From NCBI GenBank assembly GCA_964016885.1, contig OZ024740.1:25854001-25918000 (forward strand): 64,000 bases of DNA. The letters run 5' to 3'. This DNA is from Eledone cirrhosa (Eukaryota). The translations under genes and the position numbers were made by a program. Of the stretch, positions 15,001 through 30,000 are shown piece after piece (the first letter of the stretch is position 1; each line of letters opens with the position of its first letter). Below the pieces are notes generated by a model, which was not told where the DNA came from, searched no databases, and saw only the letters and a program-made list of their open reading frames with translations.

Positions 15001-18000
15001 TTCTATTGTAGTTGTAGATATTTCTGTTGTAGTTGTAGTTATTCTATTGTAGTTGTAGTTATTCTATTGTAGTTGTAGTTATTTCTATTGTAGCTGTAGT
15101 TACTTCTATTGTAGTTGTAGATACTCCTATTGTAGTTGTAGTTAATTCTATTTTAGTTGTAGTTTCTTCTATTGTAGTTGTAGTTACTTCTATTGTAGTT
15201 GTAGTTACTTCTCTTGTAGTTGTAGTTACTTCTATTGTATGTTGTAGTTACTTCTATTGTAGTTGTAGATGCTTCTATTGTAGTTGTAGTTATTCTATTG
15301 TAGTTGTAGTTATTCTATTGTAGTTGTAGATTCTTCTATTGTAGTTGTAGTTACTTCTATTGTAGTTGTAGTTACTTCTATTGTAGATGTAGTTACTTCT
15401 ATTGTAGTTGTAATTACTTCTCTTGTAGTTGTAGTTACTTCTATTGTAGTTGTAGTTACTTCTATTGTAGTTGTAGTTACTTCTATTGTAGTTGTAGTTA
15501 CTTCTATTGTAGTTGTAATTACTTCTCTTGTAGTTGTAGTTACTTCTATTGTAGTTGTAGTTACTTGTATTGTAGATGTAGTTACTTCTATTTTTAGTTG
15601 TAGTTACTTCTATTGTAGTTGTACTTATTTCTATTGTGGTTGTAGTTACTTCTATTGTAGTTGTAGTTACTTCTATTGTAGTTGTACTTATTTCTATTGT
15701 AGTTGTACTTATTTCTATTGTAGTTGTAGTTACTTCTATTTTACTTGTAGTTACATCTGTTGTAGTTGTAGTTACTTCTATTGTAGTTGTAGATATTTCT
15801 ATTGTAGTTGTAGTTACTTCTATTGTATTTGTAGCTGTAGTTACTTCTATTGTATTTGTAGATGTAGTTACTTCTATTGTATTTGTAGTTGTAGTTACTT
15901 CTATTTTTAGTTGTAGTTACTTCTATTGTAGTTGTAGTTTCTTCTATTGTAGTTGTAGTTACTTCTATTGTAGTTGTACTTATTTCTATTGTAGTTGTAA
16001 TTACTTCTGTTGTAGTTGTAGTTACTTCTATTGTAGTTGTAGATATTTCTATTGTAGGTGTAGTTACTTCTCCTGTAGTTGTAGTTACTTCTATTGTAGT
16101 TGTAGATATTTCTATTGTAGTTGTAGTTACTTTTATTGTAGTTGTAGTTACTTCTATTGTAGTTGTAGATACTTCTATTGTAGTTGTAGTTACTACTATT
16201 TTAGTTGTAGATACTTCTATTATAGTTGTAGTTACTTCTATTGTAGTTGTAGATACTTCTATTGTAGTTGTAGTTACTTCTATTGTAGTTGTAGTTACTT
16301 CTATTGTAGTTGTAGTTACTTCTATTGTAGTTGTAGTTACTTCTATTGTAGTTGTAGATGTAGTTACTTCTATTATAATTGTAGTTACTTCTATCGTAGT
16401 TGTAGTTACTTCTATTGTATTTGTAGCTGTAGTTACTTGTATTATAATTGTAGATACTTCTATTGTAGTTGTAGGTACTTCTATTGTAGGTGTAGATACC
16501 TCTATTGTAGTTGTAGATACTTCTATTGTAGTTGTAGTTACTTCTATTGTAGTTGTAGTTACTTCTATCGTAGTTGTAGTTACTTCTATCGTAGTTGTAG
16601 TTACTTCTAATGTAGCTGTAGATACTTCTTTTGTAGTTGTAGTTATTTCTATTGTAGCTGTAGTTACTTCTATTGTAGTTGTAGTTACTTCTATTGTAGT
16701 TGTAGTTACTTCTATTGTAGTAGTAGATGTAGTTACTTCTATTATAATTGTAGTTACTTCTATCGTAGTTGTAGTTACTTCTATTGTATTTGTAGCTGTA
16801 GTTACTTGTATTATAATTGTAGATACTTCTATTGTAGTTGTAGGTACTTCTATTGTAGGTGTAGATACCTCTATTGTAGTTGTAGATACTTCTATTGTAG
16901 TTGTAGTTACTTCTATTGTAGTTGTAGTTACTTCTATTGTAGTTGTAGTTACTTCTATCGTAGTTGTAGTTACTTCTATCGTAGTTGTAGTTACTTCTAA
17001 TGTAGCTGTAGATACTTCTATTGTAGTTGTAGATACTTCTGTTGTAGTTGTAGATGCTTCTATTGTAGTTGTAGTTATTCTATTGTAGTTGTAGTTATTC
17101 TATTGTAGTTGTAGATTCTTCTATTGTAGTTGTAGTTACTTCTATTGTAGTTGTAGATATTTCTGTTGTAGTTGTAGTTATTCTATTGTAGTTGTAGTTA
17201 TTCTAATGTAGTTGTAGTTATTTCTATTGTAGCTGTAGTTACTTCTATTGTAGTTGTAGATACTCCTATTGTAGTTGTAGTTAATTCTATTTTAGTTGTA
17301 GTTTCTTCTATTGTAGTTGTAGTTACTTCTATTGTAGTTGTAGTTACTTCTATTGTAGTTGTAGTTACTTCTATTGTAGTTGCAGTTACTTCTATTGTAG
17401 CTGTAGTTTCTTCTATTGTAGTTGTAGATACTTCTGTTGTAGTTGTAGATGCTTCTATTGTAGTTGTAGTTATTCTATTGTAGTTGTAGTTATTCTATTG
17501 TAGTTGTAGATTCTTCTATTGTAGTTGTAGTTACTTCTATTGTAGTTGTAGATATTTCTGTTGTAGTTGTAGTTATTCTATTGTAGTTGTAGTTATTCTA
17601 TTGTAGTTGTAGTTACTTCTATTGTATGTTGTAGTTACTTCTATTGTAGTTGTAGATGCTTCTATTGTAGTTGTAGTTATTCTATTGTAGTTGTAGTTAT
17701 TCTATTGTAGTTGTAGATTCTTCTATTGTAGTTGTAGTTACTTCTATTGTAGTTGTAGTTACTTCTATTGTAGATGTAGTTACTTCTATTGTAGTTGTAA
17801 TTACTTCTCTTGTAGTTGTAGTTACTTCTATTGTAGTTGTAGTTACTTCTATTGTAGTTGTAGTTACTTCTATTGTAGTTGTAGTTACTTCTATTGTAGT
17901 TGTAATTACTTCTCTTGTAGTTGTAGTTACTTCTATTGTAGTTGTAGTTACTTGTATTGTAGATGTAGTTACTTCTATTTTTAGTTGTAGTTACTTCTAT

Positions 18001-21000
18001 TGTAGTTGTACTTATTTCTATTGTGGTTGTAGTTACTTCTATTGTAGTTGTAGTTACTTCTATTGTAGTTGTACTTATTTCTATTGTAGTTGTACTTATT
18101 TCTATTGTAGTTGTAGTTACTTCTATTTTACTTGTAGTTACATCTGTTGTAGTTGTAGTTACTTCTATTGTAGTTGTAGATATTTCTATTGTAGTTGTAG
18201 TTACTTCTATTGTATTTGTAGCTGTAGTTACTTCTATTGTATTTGTAGATGTAGTTACTTCTATTGTATTTGTAGTTGTAGTTACTTCTATTTTTAGTTG
18301 TAGTTACTTCTATTGTAGTTGTAGTTTCTTCTATTGTAGTTGTAGTTACTTCTATTGTAGTTGTACTTATTTCTATTGTAGTTGTAATTACTTCTGTTGT
18401 AGTTGTAGTTACTTCTATTGTAGTTGTAGATATTTCTATTGTAGGTGTAGTTACTTCTCCTGTAGTTGTAGTTACTTCTATTGTAGTTGTAGATATTTCT
18501 ATTGTAGTTGTAGTTACTTTTATTGTAGTTGTAGTTACTTCTATTGTAGTTGTAGATACTTCTATTGTAGTTGTAGTTACTACTATTTTAGTTGTAGATA
18601 CTTCTATTATAGTTGTAGTTACTTCTATTGTAGTTGTAGATACTTCTATTGTAGTTGTAGTTACTTCTATTGTAGTTGTAGTTACTTCTATTGTAGTTGT
18701 AGTTACTTCTATTGTAGTTGTAGTTACTTCTATTGTAGTTGTAGATGTAGTTACTTCTATTATAATTGTAGTTACTTCTATCGTAGTTGTAGTTACTTCT
18801 ATTGTATTTGTAGCTGTAGTTACTTGTATTATAATTGTAGATACTTCTATTGTAGTTGTAGGTACTTCTATTGTAGGTGTAGATACCTCTATTGTAGTTG
18901 TAGATACTTCTATTGTAGTTGTAGTTACTTCTATTGTAGTTGTAGTTACTTCTATCGTAGTTGTAGTTACTTCTATCGTAGTTGTAGTTACTTCTAATGT
19001 AGCTGTAGATACTTCTTTTGTAGTTGTAGTTATTTCTATTGTAGCTGTAGTTACTTCTATTGTAGTTGTAGATACTCCTATTGTAGTTGTAGTTAAGTCT
19101 ATTTTAGTTGTAGTTTCTTCTATTGTAGTTGTAGTTACTTCTATTGTAGTTGTAGTTACTTCTATTGTAGTTGTAGTTACTTCTATTGTAGTTGCAGTTA
19201 CTTCTATTGTAGCTGTAGTTTCTTCTATTGTAGTTGTAGATACTTCTGTTGTAGTTGTAGATGCTTCTATTGTAGTTGTAGTTATTCTATTGTAGTTGTA
19301 GTTATTCTATTGTAGTTGTAGATTCTTCTATTGTAGTTGTAGTTACTTCTATTGTAGTTGTAGACATTTCTGTTGTAGTTGTAGTTATTCTATTGTAGTT
19401 GTAGTTATTCTATTGTAGTTGTAGTTACTTCTATTGTAGTTGTAGTTACTTCTATTGTAGTTGTAGATGCTTCTATTGTAGTTGTAGTTATTCTATTGTA
19501 GTTGTAGTTATTCTATTGTAATTGTAGATTCTTCTATTGTAGTTGTAGTTACTTCTATTGTAGTTGTAGTTACTTCTATTGTAGATGTAGTTACTTCTAT
19601 TGTAGTTGTAGTTACTTCTATTATAACTGTAGTTACTTATATTGTAGTTGTAGATGTAGTTACTTCTATTATAATTGTAGTTACTTCTATTGTAGTTGTA
19701 GTTACTTCTATTGTATTTGTAGCTGTAGTTACTTCTATTGTAGATGTAGTTACTTCTATTGTATTTGTAGCTGTAGTTACTTCTATTGTATTTGTAGATG
19801 TAGTTACTTCTATTGTATTTGGAGTTGTAGTTACTTCTATTTTTAGTTGTAGTTACTTCTATTTTAGTTGTACTTATTTCTATTGTAGGTGTAGTTACTT
19901 CTGTTGTAGTTGTAGTTACTTCTATTGTAGTTGTAGATATTTCTATTGTAGTTGTAGTTACTTCTATTGTAGTTGTAGTTACTTCTATTGTAGTTGTAGT
20001 AACTTCTATTGTATTTGTAGCTGTAGTTACTTCTATTATAATTGTAGATACTTCTATTGTTGTTGTAGGTACTTCTATGGTAGCTGTAGATACCTCTATT
20101 GTAGTTGTAGATACTTCTATTGTAGTTGTAGTTACTGCTATTGTAGTTGTAGTTACTGCTATTGTAGTTGTAGATACTTCTATTGTAGTTGTAGATACTT
20201 CTATTGTAGTTGTAGTTACTTCTATTGTAGTTGTAGTTACTTCTATTGTAGTTGTAGTTATTTCTATTGTAATTGTAGTTATTTCTATTGTAGTTGTAGT
20301 TACTTCTATTGTAGTTGTAGTTATTTCTATTGTAATTGTAGTTATTTCTATTATAGTTGTAGATACTTCTATTATAGTTGTAGATACTTCTATTGTAGTT
20401 GTGCTTATTTCTATTGTAGTTGTAATTACTTCTGTTGTAGTTGTAGTTACTTCTAATGTAGTTGTAGATATTTCTATTGTAGTTGTAGTTACTTCTATTG
20501 TAGTTGTAGATATTTCTATTGTAGTTGTAGTTACTTCTATTGTAGTTGTAGTAACTTCTATTGTATTTGTAGCTGTAGTTACTTCTATTATAATTGTAGA
20601 TACTTCTATTGTTGTTGTAGGTACTTCTATGGTAGCTGTAGATACCTCTATTGTAGTTGTAGATACTTCTATTGTAGTTGTAGTTACTACTATTGTAGTT
20701 GTAGTTACTGCTATTGTAGTTGTAGATACTTCTATTGTAGTTGTAGATACTTCTATTGTAGTTGTAGTTACTTCTATTGTAGTTGTAGTTACTTCTATTG
20801 TAGTTGTAGTTACTTCTATTGTAGTTGTAGTTACTTCTATTGTAGTTATAGTTATTTCTATTGTAATTGTAGTTATTTCTATTGTAGTTGTAGTTACTTC
20901 TATTGTAGTTGTAGTTATTTCTATTGTAATTGTAGTTATTTCTATTGTAGTTGTAGATACTTCTATTATAGTTGTAGATACTTCTATTGTAGTTGTAGAT

Positions 21001-24000
21001 ACTTCTATTGTAGTTGTAGTTACTTCTATTGTAGCTGTAGATACTTATATTGTAGTTGTAGTTACTTCTATTGTAGTTGTAGTTACATCTGTCGTAGTTG
21101 TAGTCATTTCTATTGTAGTTGTAGATACTTCTATTGTAGTTGTAGTTACTTCTATTGTAGCTATAGATACTTCTATTGTAGTTGTAGTTACTTCGATTGT
21201 AGCTGTAGATACTTCTATTGTAGTTGTAGTTATTTCTATTGTAGCTGTAGTTACTTCTATTGTAGTTGTAGATACTCCTATTGTAGTTGTAGATATTTCT
21301 ATTGTAGGTGTAGTTACTTCTGTTGTAGTTGTAGTTACTTCTATTGTAGTTGTAGATATTTCTATTGTAGTTGTAGTTACTTTTATTGTAGCTGTAGTTA
21401 CTTCTATTGTAGTTGTAGATACTTCTATTGTAGTTGTAGTTACTACTATTTTAGTTGTAGATACTTCTATTATAGTTGTAGTTACTTCTATTGTAGTTGT
21501 AGATACTTCTATTGTAGTTGTAGTTACTTCTATTGTAGTTGTAGTTACTTCTATTGTAGTTGTAGTTACTTCTATTGTAGTAGTAGATGTAGTTACTTCT
21601 ATTATAATTGTAGTTACTTCTATCGTAGTTGTAGTTACTTCTATTGTATTTGTAGCTGTAGTTACTTGTATTATAATTGTAGATACTTCTATTGTAGTTG
21701 TAGGTACTTCTATTGTAGGTGTAGATACCTCTATTGTAGTTGTAGATACTTCTATTGTAGTTGTAGTTACTTCTATTGTAGTTGTAGTTACTTCTATTGT
21801 AGTTGTAGTTACTTCTATCGTAGTTGTAGTTACTTCTATCGTAGTTGTAGTTACTTCTAATGTAGCTGTAGATACTTCTATTGTAGTTGTAGATACTTCT
21901 GTTGTAGTTGTAGATGCTTCTATTGTAGTTGTAGCTATTCTATTGTAGTTGTAGTTATTCTATTGTAGTTGTAGATTCTTCTATTGTAGTTGTAGTTACT
22001 TCTATTGTAGTTGTAGATATTTCTGTTGTAGTTGTAGTTATTCTATTGTAGTTGTAGTTATTCTATTGTAGTTGTAGTTATTTCTATTGTAGCTGTAGTT
22101 ACTTCTATTGTAGTTGTAGATACTCCTATTGTAGTTGTAGTTAATTCTATTTTAGTTGTAGTTTCTTCTATTGTAGTTGTAGTTACTTCTATTGTAGTTG
22201 TAGTTACTTCTCTTGTAGTTGTAGTTACTTCTATTGTATGTTGTAGTTACTTCTATTGTAGTTGTAGATGCTTCTATTGTAGTTGTAGTTATTCTATTGT
22301 AGTTGTAGTTATTCTATTGTAGTTGTAGATTCTTCTATTGTAGTTGTAGTTACTTCTATTGTAGTTGTAGTTACTTCTATTGTAGATGTAGTTACTTCTA
22401 TTGTAGTTGTAATTACTTCTCTTGTAGTTGTAGTTACTTCTATTGTAGTTGTAGTTACTTCTATTGTAGTTGTAGTTACTTCTATTGTAGTTGTAGTTAC
22501 TTCTATTGTAGTTGTAATTACTTCTCTTGTAGTTGTAGTTACTTCTATTGTAGTTGTAGTTACTTGTATTGTAGATGTAGTTACTTCTATTTTTAGTTGT
22601 AGTTACTTCTATTGTAGTTGTACTTATTTCTATTGTGGTTGTAGTTACTTCTATTGTAGTTGTAGTTACTTCTATTGTAGTTGTACTTATTTCTATTGTA
22701 GTTGTACTTATTTCTATTGTAGTTGTAGTTACTTCTATTTTACTTGTAGTTACATCTGTTGTAGTTGTAGTTACTTCTATTGTAGTTGTAGATATTTCTA
22801 TTGTAGTTGTAGTTACTTCTATTGTATTTGTAGCTGTAGTTACTTCTATTGTATTTGTAGATGTAGTTACTTCTATTGTATTTGTAGTTGTAGTTACTTC
22901 TATTTTTAGTTGTAGTTACTTCTATTGTAGTTGTAGTTTCTTCTATTGTAGTTGTAGTTACTTCTATTGTAGTTGTACTTATTTCTATTGTAGTTGTAAT
23001 TACTTCTGTTGTAGTTGTAGTTACTTCTATTGTAGTTGTAGATATTTCTATTGTAGGTGTAGTTACTTCTCCTGTAGTTGTAGTTACTTCTATTGTAGTT
23101 GTAGATATTTCTATTGTAGTTGTAGTTACTTTTATTGTAGTTGTAGTTACTTCTATTGTAGTTGTAGATACTTCTATTGTAGTTGTAGTTACTACTATTT
23201 TAGTTGTAGATACTTCTATTATAGTTGTAGTTACTTCTATTGTAGTTGTAGATACTTCTATTGTAGTTGTAGTTACTTCTATTGTAGTTGTAGTTACTTC
23301 TATTGTAGTTGTAGTTACTTCTATTGTAGTTGTAGTTACTTCTATTGTAGTTGTAGATGTAGTTACTTCTATTATAATTGTAGTTACTTCTATCGTAGTT
23401 GTAGTTACTTCTATTGTATTTGTAGCTGTAGTTACTTGTATTATAATTGTAGATACTTCTATTGTAGTTGTAGGTACTTCTATTGTAGGTGTAGATACCT
23501 CTATTGTAGTTGTAGATACTTCTATTGTAGTTGTAGTTACTTCTATTGTAGTTGTAGTTACTTCTATCGTAGTTGTAGTTACTTCTATCGTAGTTGTAGT
23601 TACTTCTAATGTAGCTGTAGATACTTCTTTTGTAGTTGTAGTTATTTCTATTGTAGCTGTAGTTACTTCTATTGTAGTTGTAGTTACTTCTATTGTAGTT
23701 GTAGTTACTTCTATTGTAGTAGTAGATGTAGTTACTTCTATTATAATTGTAGTTACTTCTATCGTAGTTGTAGTTACTTCTATTGTATTTGTAGCTGTAG
23801 TTACTTGTATTATAATTGTAGATACTTCTATTGTAGTTGTAGGTACTTCTATTGTAGGTGTAGATACCTCTATTGTAGTTGTAGATACTTCTATTGTAGT
23901 TGTAGTTACTTCTATTGTAGTTGTAGTTACTTCTATTGTAGTTGTAGTTACTTCTATCGTAGTTGTAGTTACTTCTATCGTAGTTGTAGTTACTTCTAAT

Positions 24001-27000
24001 GTAGCTGTAGATACTTCTATTGTAGTTGTAGATACTTCTGTTGTAGTTGTAGATGCTTCTATTGTAGTTGTAGTTATTCTATTGTAGTTGTAGTTATTCT
24101 ATTGTAGTTGTAGATTCTTCTATTGTAGTTGTAGTTACTTCTATTGTAGTTGTAGATATTTCTGTTGTAGTTGTAGTTATTCTATTGTAGTTGTAGTTAT
24201 TCTATTGTAGTTGTAGTTATTTCTATTGTAGCTGTAGTTACTTCTATTGTAGTTGTAGATACTCCTATTGTAGTTGTAGTTAATTCTATTTTAGTTGTAG
24301 TTTCTTCTATTGTAGTTGTAGTTACTTCTATTGTAGTTGTAGTTACTTCTATTGTAGTTGTAGTTACTTCTATTGTAGTTGCAGTTACTTCTATTGTAGC
24401 TGTAGTTTCTTCTATTGTAGTTGTAGATACTTCTGTTGTAGTTGTAGATGCTTCTATTGTAGTTGTAGTTATTCTATTGTAGTTGTAGTTATTCTATTGT
24501 AGTTGTAGATTCTTCTATTGTAGTTGTAGTTACTTCTATTGTAGTTGTAGATATTTCTGTTGTAGTTGTAGTTATTCTATTGTAGTTGTAGTTATTCTAT
24601 TGTAGTTGTAGTTACTTCTATTGTATGTTGTAGTTACTTCTATTGTAGTTGTAGATGCTTCTATTGTAGTTGTAGTTATTCTATTGTAGTTGTAGTTATT
24701 CTATTGTAGTTGTAGATTCTTCTATTGTAGTTGTAGTTACTTCTATTGTAGTTGTAGTTACTTCTATTGTAGATGTAGTTACTTCTATTGTAGTTGTAAT
24801 TACTTCTCTTGTAGTTGTAGTTACTTCTATTGTAGTTGTAGTTACTTCTATTGTAGTTGTAGTTACTTCTATTGTAGTTGTAGTTACTTCTATTGTAGTT
24901 GTAATTACTTCTCTTGTAGTTGTAGTTACTTCTATTGTAGTTGTAGTTACTTGTATTGTAGATGTAGTTACTTCTATTTTTAGTTGTAGTTACTTCTATT
25001 GTAGTTGTACTTATTTCTATTGTGGTTGTAGTTACTTCTATTGTAGTTGTAGTTACTTCTATTGTAGTTGTGCTTATTTCTATTGTAGTTGTACTTATTT
25101 CTATTGTAGTTGTAGTTACTTCTATTTTACTTGTAGTTACATCTGTTGTAGTTGTAGTTACTTCTATTGTAGTTGTAGATATTTCTATTGTAGTTGTAGT
25201 TACTTCTATTGTATTTGTAGCTGTAGTTACTTCTATTGTATTTGTAGATGTAGTTACTTCTATTGTATTTGTAGTTGTAGTTACTTCTATTTTTAGTTGT
25301 AGTTACTTCTATTGTAGTTGTAGTTTCTTCTATTGTAGTTGTAGTTACTTCTATTGTAGTTGTACTTATTTCTATTGTAGTTGTAATTACTTCTGTTGTA
25401 GTTGTAGTTACTTCTATTGTAGTTGTAGATATTTCTATTGTAGGTGTAGTTACTTCTCCTGTAGTTGTAGTTACTTCTATTGTAGTTGTAGATATTTCTA
25501 TTGTAGTTGTAGTTACTTTTATTGTAGTTGTAGTTACTTCTATTGTAGTTGTAGATACTTCTATTGTAGTTGTAGTTACTACTATTTTAGTTGTAGATAC
25601 TTCTATTATAGTTGTAGTTACTTCTATTGTAGTTGTAGATACTTCTATTGTAGTTGTAGTTACTTCTATTGTAGTTGTAGTTACTTCTATTGTAGTTGTA
25701 GTTACTTCTATTGTAGTTGTAGTTACTTCTATTGTAGTTGTAGATGTAGTTACTTCTATTATAATTGTAGTTACTTCTATCGTAGTTGTAGTTACTTCTA
25801 TTGTATTTGTAGCTGTAGTTACTTGTATTATAATTGTAGATACTTCTATTGTAGTTGTAGGTACTTCTATTGTAGGTGTAGATACCTCTATTGTAGTTGT
25901 AGATACTTCTATTGTAGTTGTAGTTACTTCTATTGTAGTTGTAGTTACTTCTATCGTAGTTGTAGTTACTTCTATCGTAGTTGTAGTTACTTCTAATGTA
26001 GCTGTAGATACTTCTTTTGTAGTTGTAGTTATTTCTATTGTAGCTGTAGTTACTTCTATTGTAGTTGTAGATACTCCTATTGTAGTTGTAGTTAAGTCTA
26101 TTTTAGTTGTAGTTTCTTCTATTGTAGTTGTAGTTACTTCTATTGTAGTTGTAGTTACTTCTATTGTAGTTGTAGTTACTTCTATTGTAGTTGCAGTTAC
26201 TTCTATTGTAGCTGTAGTTTCTTCTATTGTAGTTGTAGATACTTCTGTTGTAGTTGTAGATGCTTCTATTGTAGTTGTAGTTATTCTATTGTAGTTGTAG
26301 TTATTCTATTGTAGTTGTAGATTCTTCTATTGTAGTTGTAGTTACTTCTATTGTAGTTGTAGACATTTCTGTTGTAGTTGTAGTTATTCTATTGTAGTTG
26401 TAGTTATTCTATTGTAGTTGTAGTTACTTCTATTGTAGTTGTAGTTACTTCTATTGTAGTTGTAGATGCTTCTATTGTAGTTGTAGTTATTCTATTGTAG
26501 TTGTAGTTATTCTATTGTAATTGTAGATTCTTCTATTGTAGTTGTAGTTACTTCTATTGTAGTTGTAGTTACTTCTATTGTAGATGTAGTTACTTCTATT
26601 GTAGTTGTAGTTACTTCTATTATAACTGTAGTTACTTATATTGTAGTTGTAGATGTAGTTACTTCTATTATAATTGTAGTTACTTCTATTGTAGTTGTAG
26701 TTACTTCTATTGTATTTGTAGCTGTAGTTACTTCTATTGTAGATGTAGTTACTTCTATTGTATTTGTAGCTGTAGTTACTTCTATTGTATTTGTAGATGT
26801 AGTTACTTCTATTGTATTTGGAGTTGTAGTTACTTCTATTTTTAGTTGTAGTTACTTCTATTGTAGTTGTAGTTACTTCTATTGTAGTTGTAGTTACTTC
26901 TATTGTAGTTGTACTTATTTCTATTGTAGTTGTAATTACTTCTGTTGTAGTTGTAGTTACTTCTAATGTAGTTGTAGATATTTCTATTGTAGTTGTAGTT

Positions 27001-30000
27001 ACTTCTATTGTAGTTGTAGTTACTTCTATTGTAGTTGTAGTAACTTCTATTGTATTTGTAGCTGTAGTTACTTCTATTATAATTGTAGATACTTCTATTG
27101 TTGTTGTAGGTACTTCTATGGTAGCTGTAGATACCTCTATTGTAGTTGTAGATACTTCTATTGTAGTTGTAGTTACTGCTATTGTAGTTGTAGTTACTGC
27201 TATTGTAGTTGTAGATACTTCTATTGTAGTTGCAGTTACTTCTATTGTAGCTGTAGTTTCTTCTATTGTAGTTGTAGATACTTCTGTTGTAGTTGTAGAT
27301 GCTTCTATTGTAGTTGTAGTTATTCTATTGTAGTTGTAGTTATTCTATTGTAGTTGTAGATTCTTCTATTGTAGTTGTAGTTACTTCTATTGTAGTTGTA
27401 GATATGTCTGTTGTAGTTGTAGTTATTCTATTGTAGTTGTAGTTATTCTATTGTAGTTGTAGTTACTTCTATTGTATGTTGTAGTTACTTCTATTGTAGT
27501 TGTAGATGCTTCTATTGTAGTTGTAGTTATTCTATTGTAGTTGTAGTTATTCTATTGTAGTTGTAGATTCTTCTATTGTAGTTGTAGTTACTTCTATTGT
27601 AGTTGTAGTTACTTCTATTGTAGATGTAGTTACTTCTATTGTAGTTGTAATTACTTCTCTTGTAGTTGTAGTTACTTCTATTGTAGTTGTAGTTACTTCT
27701 ATTGTAGTTGTAGTTACTTCTATTGTAGTTGTAGTTACTTCTATTGTAGTTGTAATTACTTCTCTTGTAGTTGTAGTTACTTCTATTGTAGTTGTAGTTA
27801 CTTCTATTGTAGATGTAGTTACTTCTATTTTTAGTTGTAGTTACTTCTATTGTAGTTGTACTTATTTCTATTGTGGTTGTAGTTACTTCTATTGTAGTTG
27901 TAGTTACTTCTATTGTAGTTGTACTTATTTCTATTGTAGTTGTACTTATTTCTATTGTAGTTGTAGTTACTTCTATTTTACTTGTAGTTACATCTGTTGT
28001 AGTTGTAGTTACTTCTATTGTAGTTGTAGATATTTCTATTGTAGTTGTAGTTACTTCTATTGTATTTGTAGCTGTAGTTACTTCTATTGTATTTGTAGAT
28101 GTAGTTACTTCTATTGTATTTGTAGTTGTAGTTACTTCTATTTTTAGTTGTAGTTACTTCTATTGTAGTTGTAGTTTCTTCTATTGTAGTTGTAGTTACT
28201 TCTATTGTAGTTGTACTTATTTCTATTGTAGTTGTAATTACTTCTGTTGTAGTTGTAGTTACTTCTATTGTAGTTGTAGATATTTCTATTGTAGGTGTAG
28301 TTACTTCTCCTGTAGTTGTAGTTACTTCTATTGTAGTTGTAGATATTTCTATTGTAGTTGTAGTTACTTTTATTGTAGTTGTAGTTACTTCTATTGTAGT
28401 TGTAGATACTTCTATTGTAGTTGTAGTTACTACTATTTTAGTTGTAGATACTTCTATTATAGTTGTAGTTACTTCTATTGTAGTTGTAGATACTTCTATT
28501 GTAGTTGTAGTTACTTCTATTGTAGTTGTAGTTACTTCTATTGTAGTTGTAGTTACTTCTATTGTAGTTGTAGTTACTTCTATTGTAGTTGTAGATGTAG
28601 TTACTTCTATTATAATTGTAGTTACTTCTATCGTAGTTGTAGTTACTTCTATTGTATTTGTAGCTGTAGTTACTTGTATTATAATTGTAGATACTTCTAT
28701 TGTAGTTGTAGGTACTTCTATTGTAGGTGTAGATACCTCTATTGTAGTTGTAGATACTTCTATTGTAGTTGTAGTTACTTCTATTGTAGTTGTAGTTACT
28801 TCTATCGTAGTTGTAGTTACTTCTATCGTAGTTGTAGTTACTTCTAATGTAGCTGTAGATACTTCTTTTGTAGTTGTAGTTATTTCTATTGTAGCTGTAG
28901 TTACTTCTATTGTAGTTGTAGATACTCCTATTGTAGTTGTAGTTAAGTCTATTTTAGTTGTAGTTTCTTCTATTGTAGTTGTAGTTACTTCTATTGTAGT
29001 TGTAGTTACTTCTATTGTAGTTGTAGTTACTTCTATTGTAGTTGCAGTTACTTCTATTGTAGCTGTAGTTTCTTCTATTGTAGTTGTAGATACTTCTGTT
29101 GTAGTTGTAGATGCTTCTATTGTAGTTGTAGTTATTCTATTGTAGTTGTAGTTATTCTATTGTAGTTGTAGATTCTTCTATTGTAGTTGTAGTTACTTCT
29201 ATTGTAGTTGTAGACATTTCTGTTGTAGTTGTAGTTATTCTATTGTAGTTGTAGTTATTCTATTGTAGTTGTAGTTACTTCTATTGTAGTTGTAGTTACT
29301 TCTATTGTAGTTGTAGATGCTTCTATTGTAGTTGTAGTTATTCTATTGTAGTTGTAGTTATTCTATTGTAATTGTAGATTCTTCTATTGTAGTTGTAGTT
29401 ACTTCTATTGTAGTTGTAGTTACTTCTATTGTAGATGTAGTTACTTCTATTGTAGTTGTAGTTACTTCTATTATAACTGTAGTTACTTATATTGTAGTTG
29501 TAGATGTAGTTACTTCTATTATAATTGTAGTTACTTCTATTGTAGTTGTAGTTACTTCTATTGTATTTGTAGCTGTAGTTACTTCTATTGTAGATGTAGT
29601 TACTTCTATTGTATTTGTAGCTGTAGTTACTTCTATTGTATTTGTAGATGTAGTTACTTCTATTGTATTTGGAGTTGTAGTTACTTCTATTTTTAGTTGT
29701 AGTTACTTCTATTGTAGTTGTAGTTACTTCTATTGTAGTTGTAGTTCCTACTATTGTAGTTGTACTTATTTCTATTGTAGTTGTAATTACTTCTGTTGTA
29801 GTTGTAGTTACTTCTAATGTAGTTGTAGATATTTCTATTGTAGTTGTAGTTACTTCTATTGTAGTTGTAGTTACTTCTATTGTAGTTGTAGTAACTTCTA
29901 TTGTATTTGTAGCTGTAGTTACTTCTATTATAATTGTAGATACTTCTATTGTTGTTGTAGGTACTTCTATGGTAGCTGTAGATACCTCTATTGTAGTTGT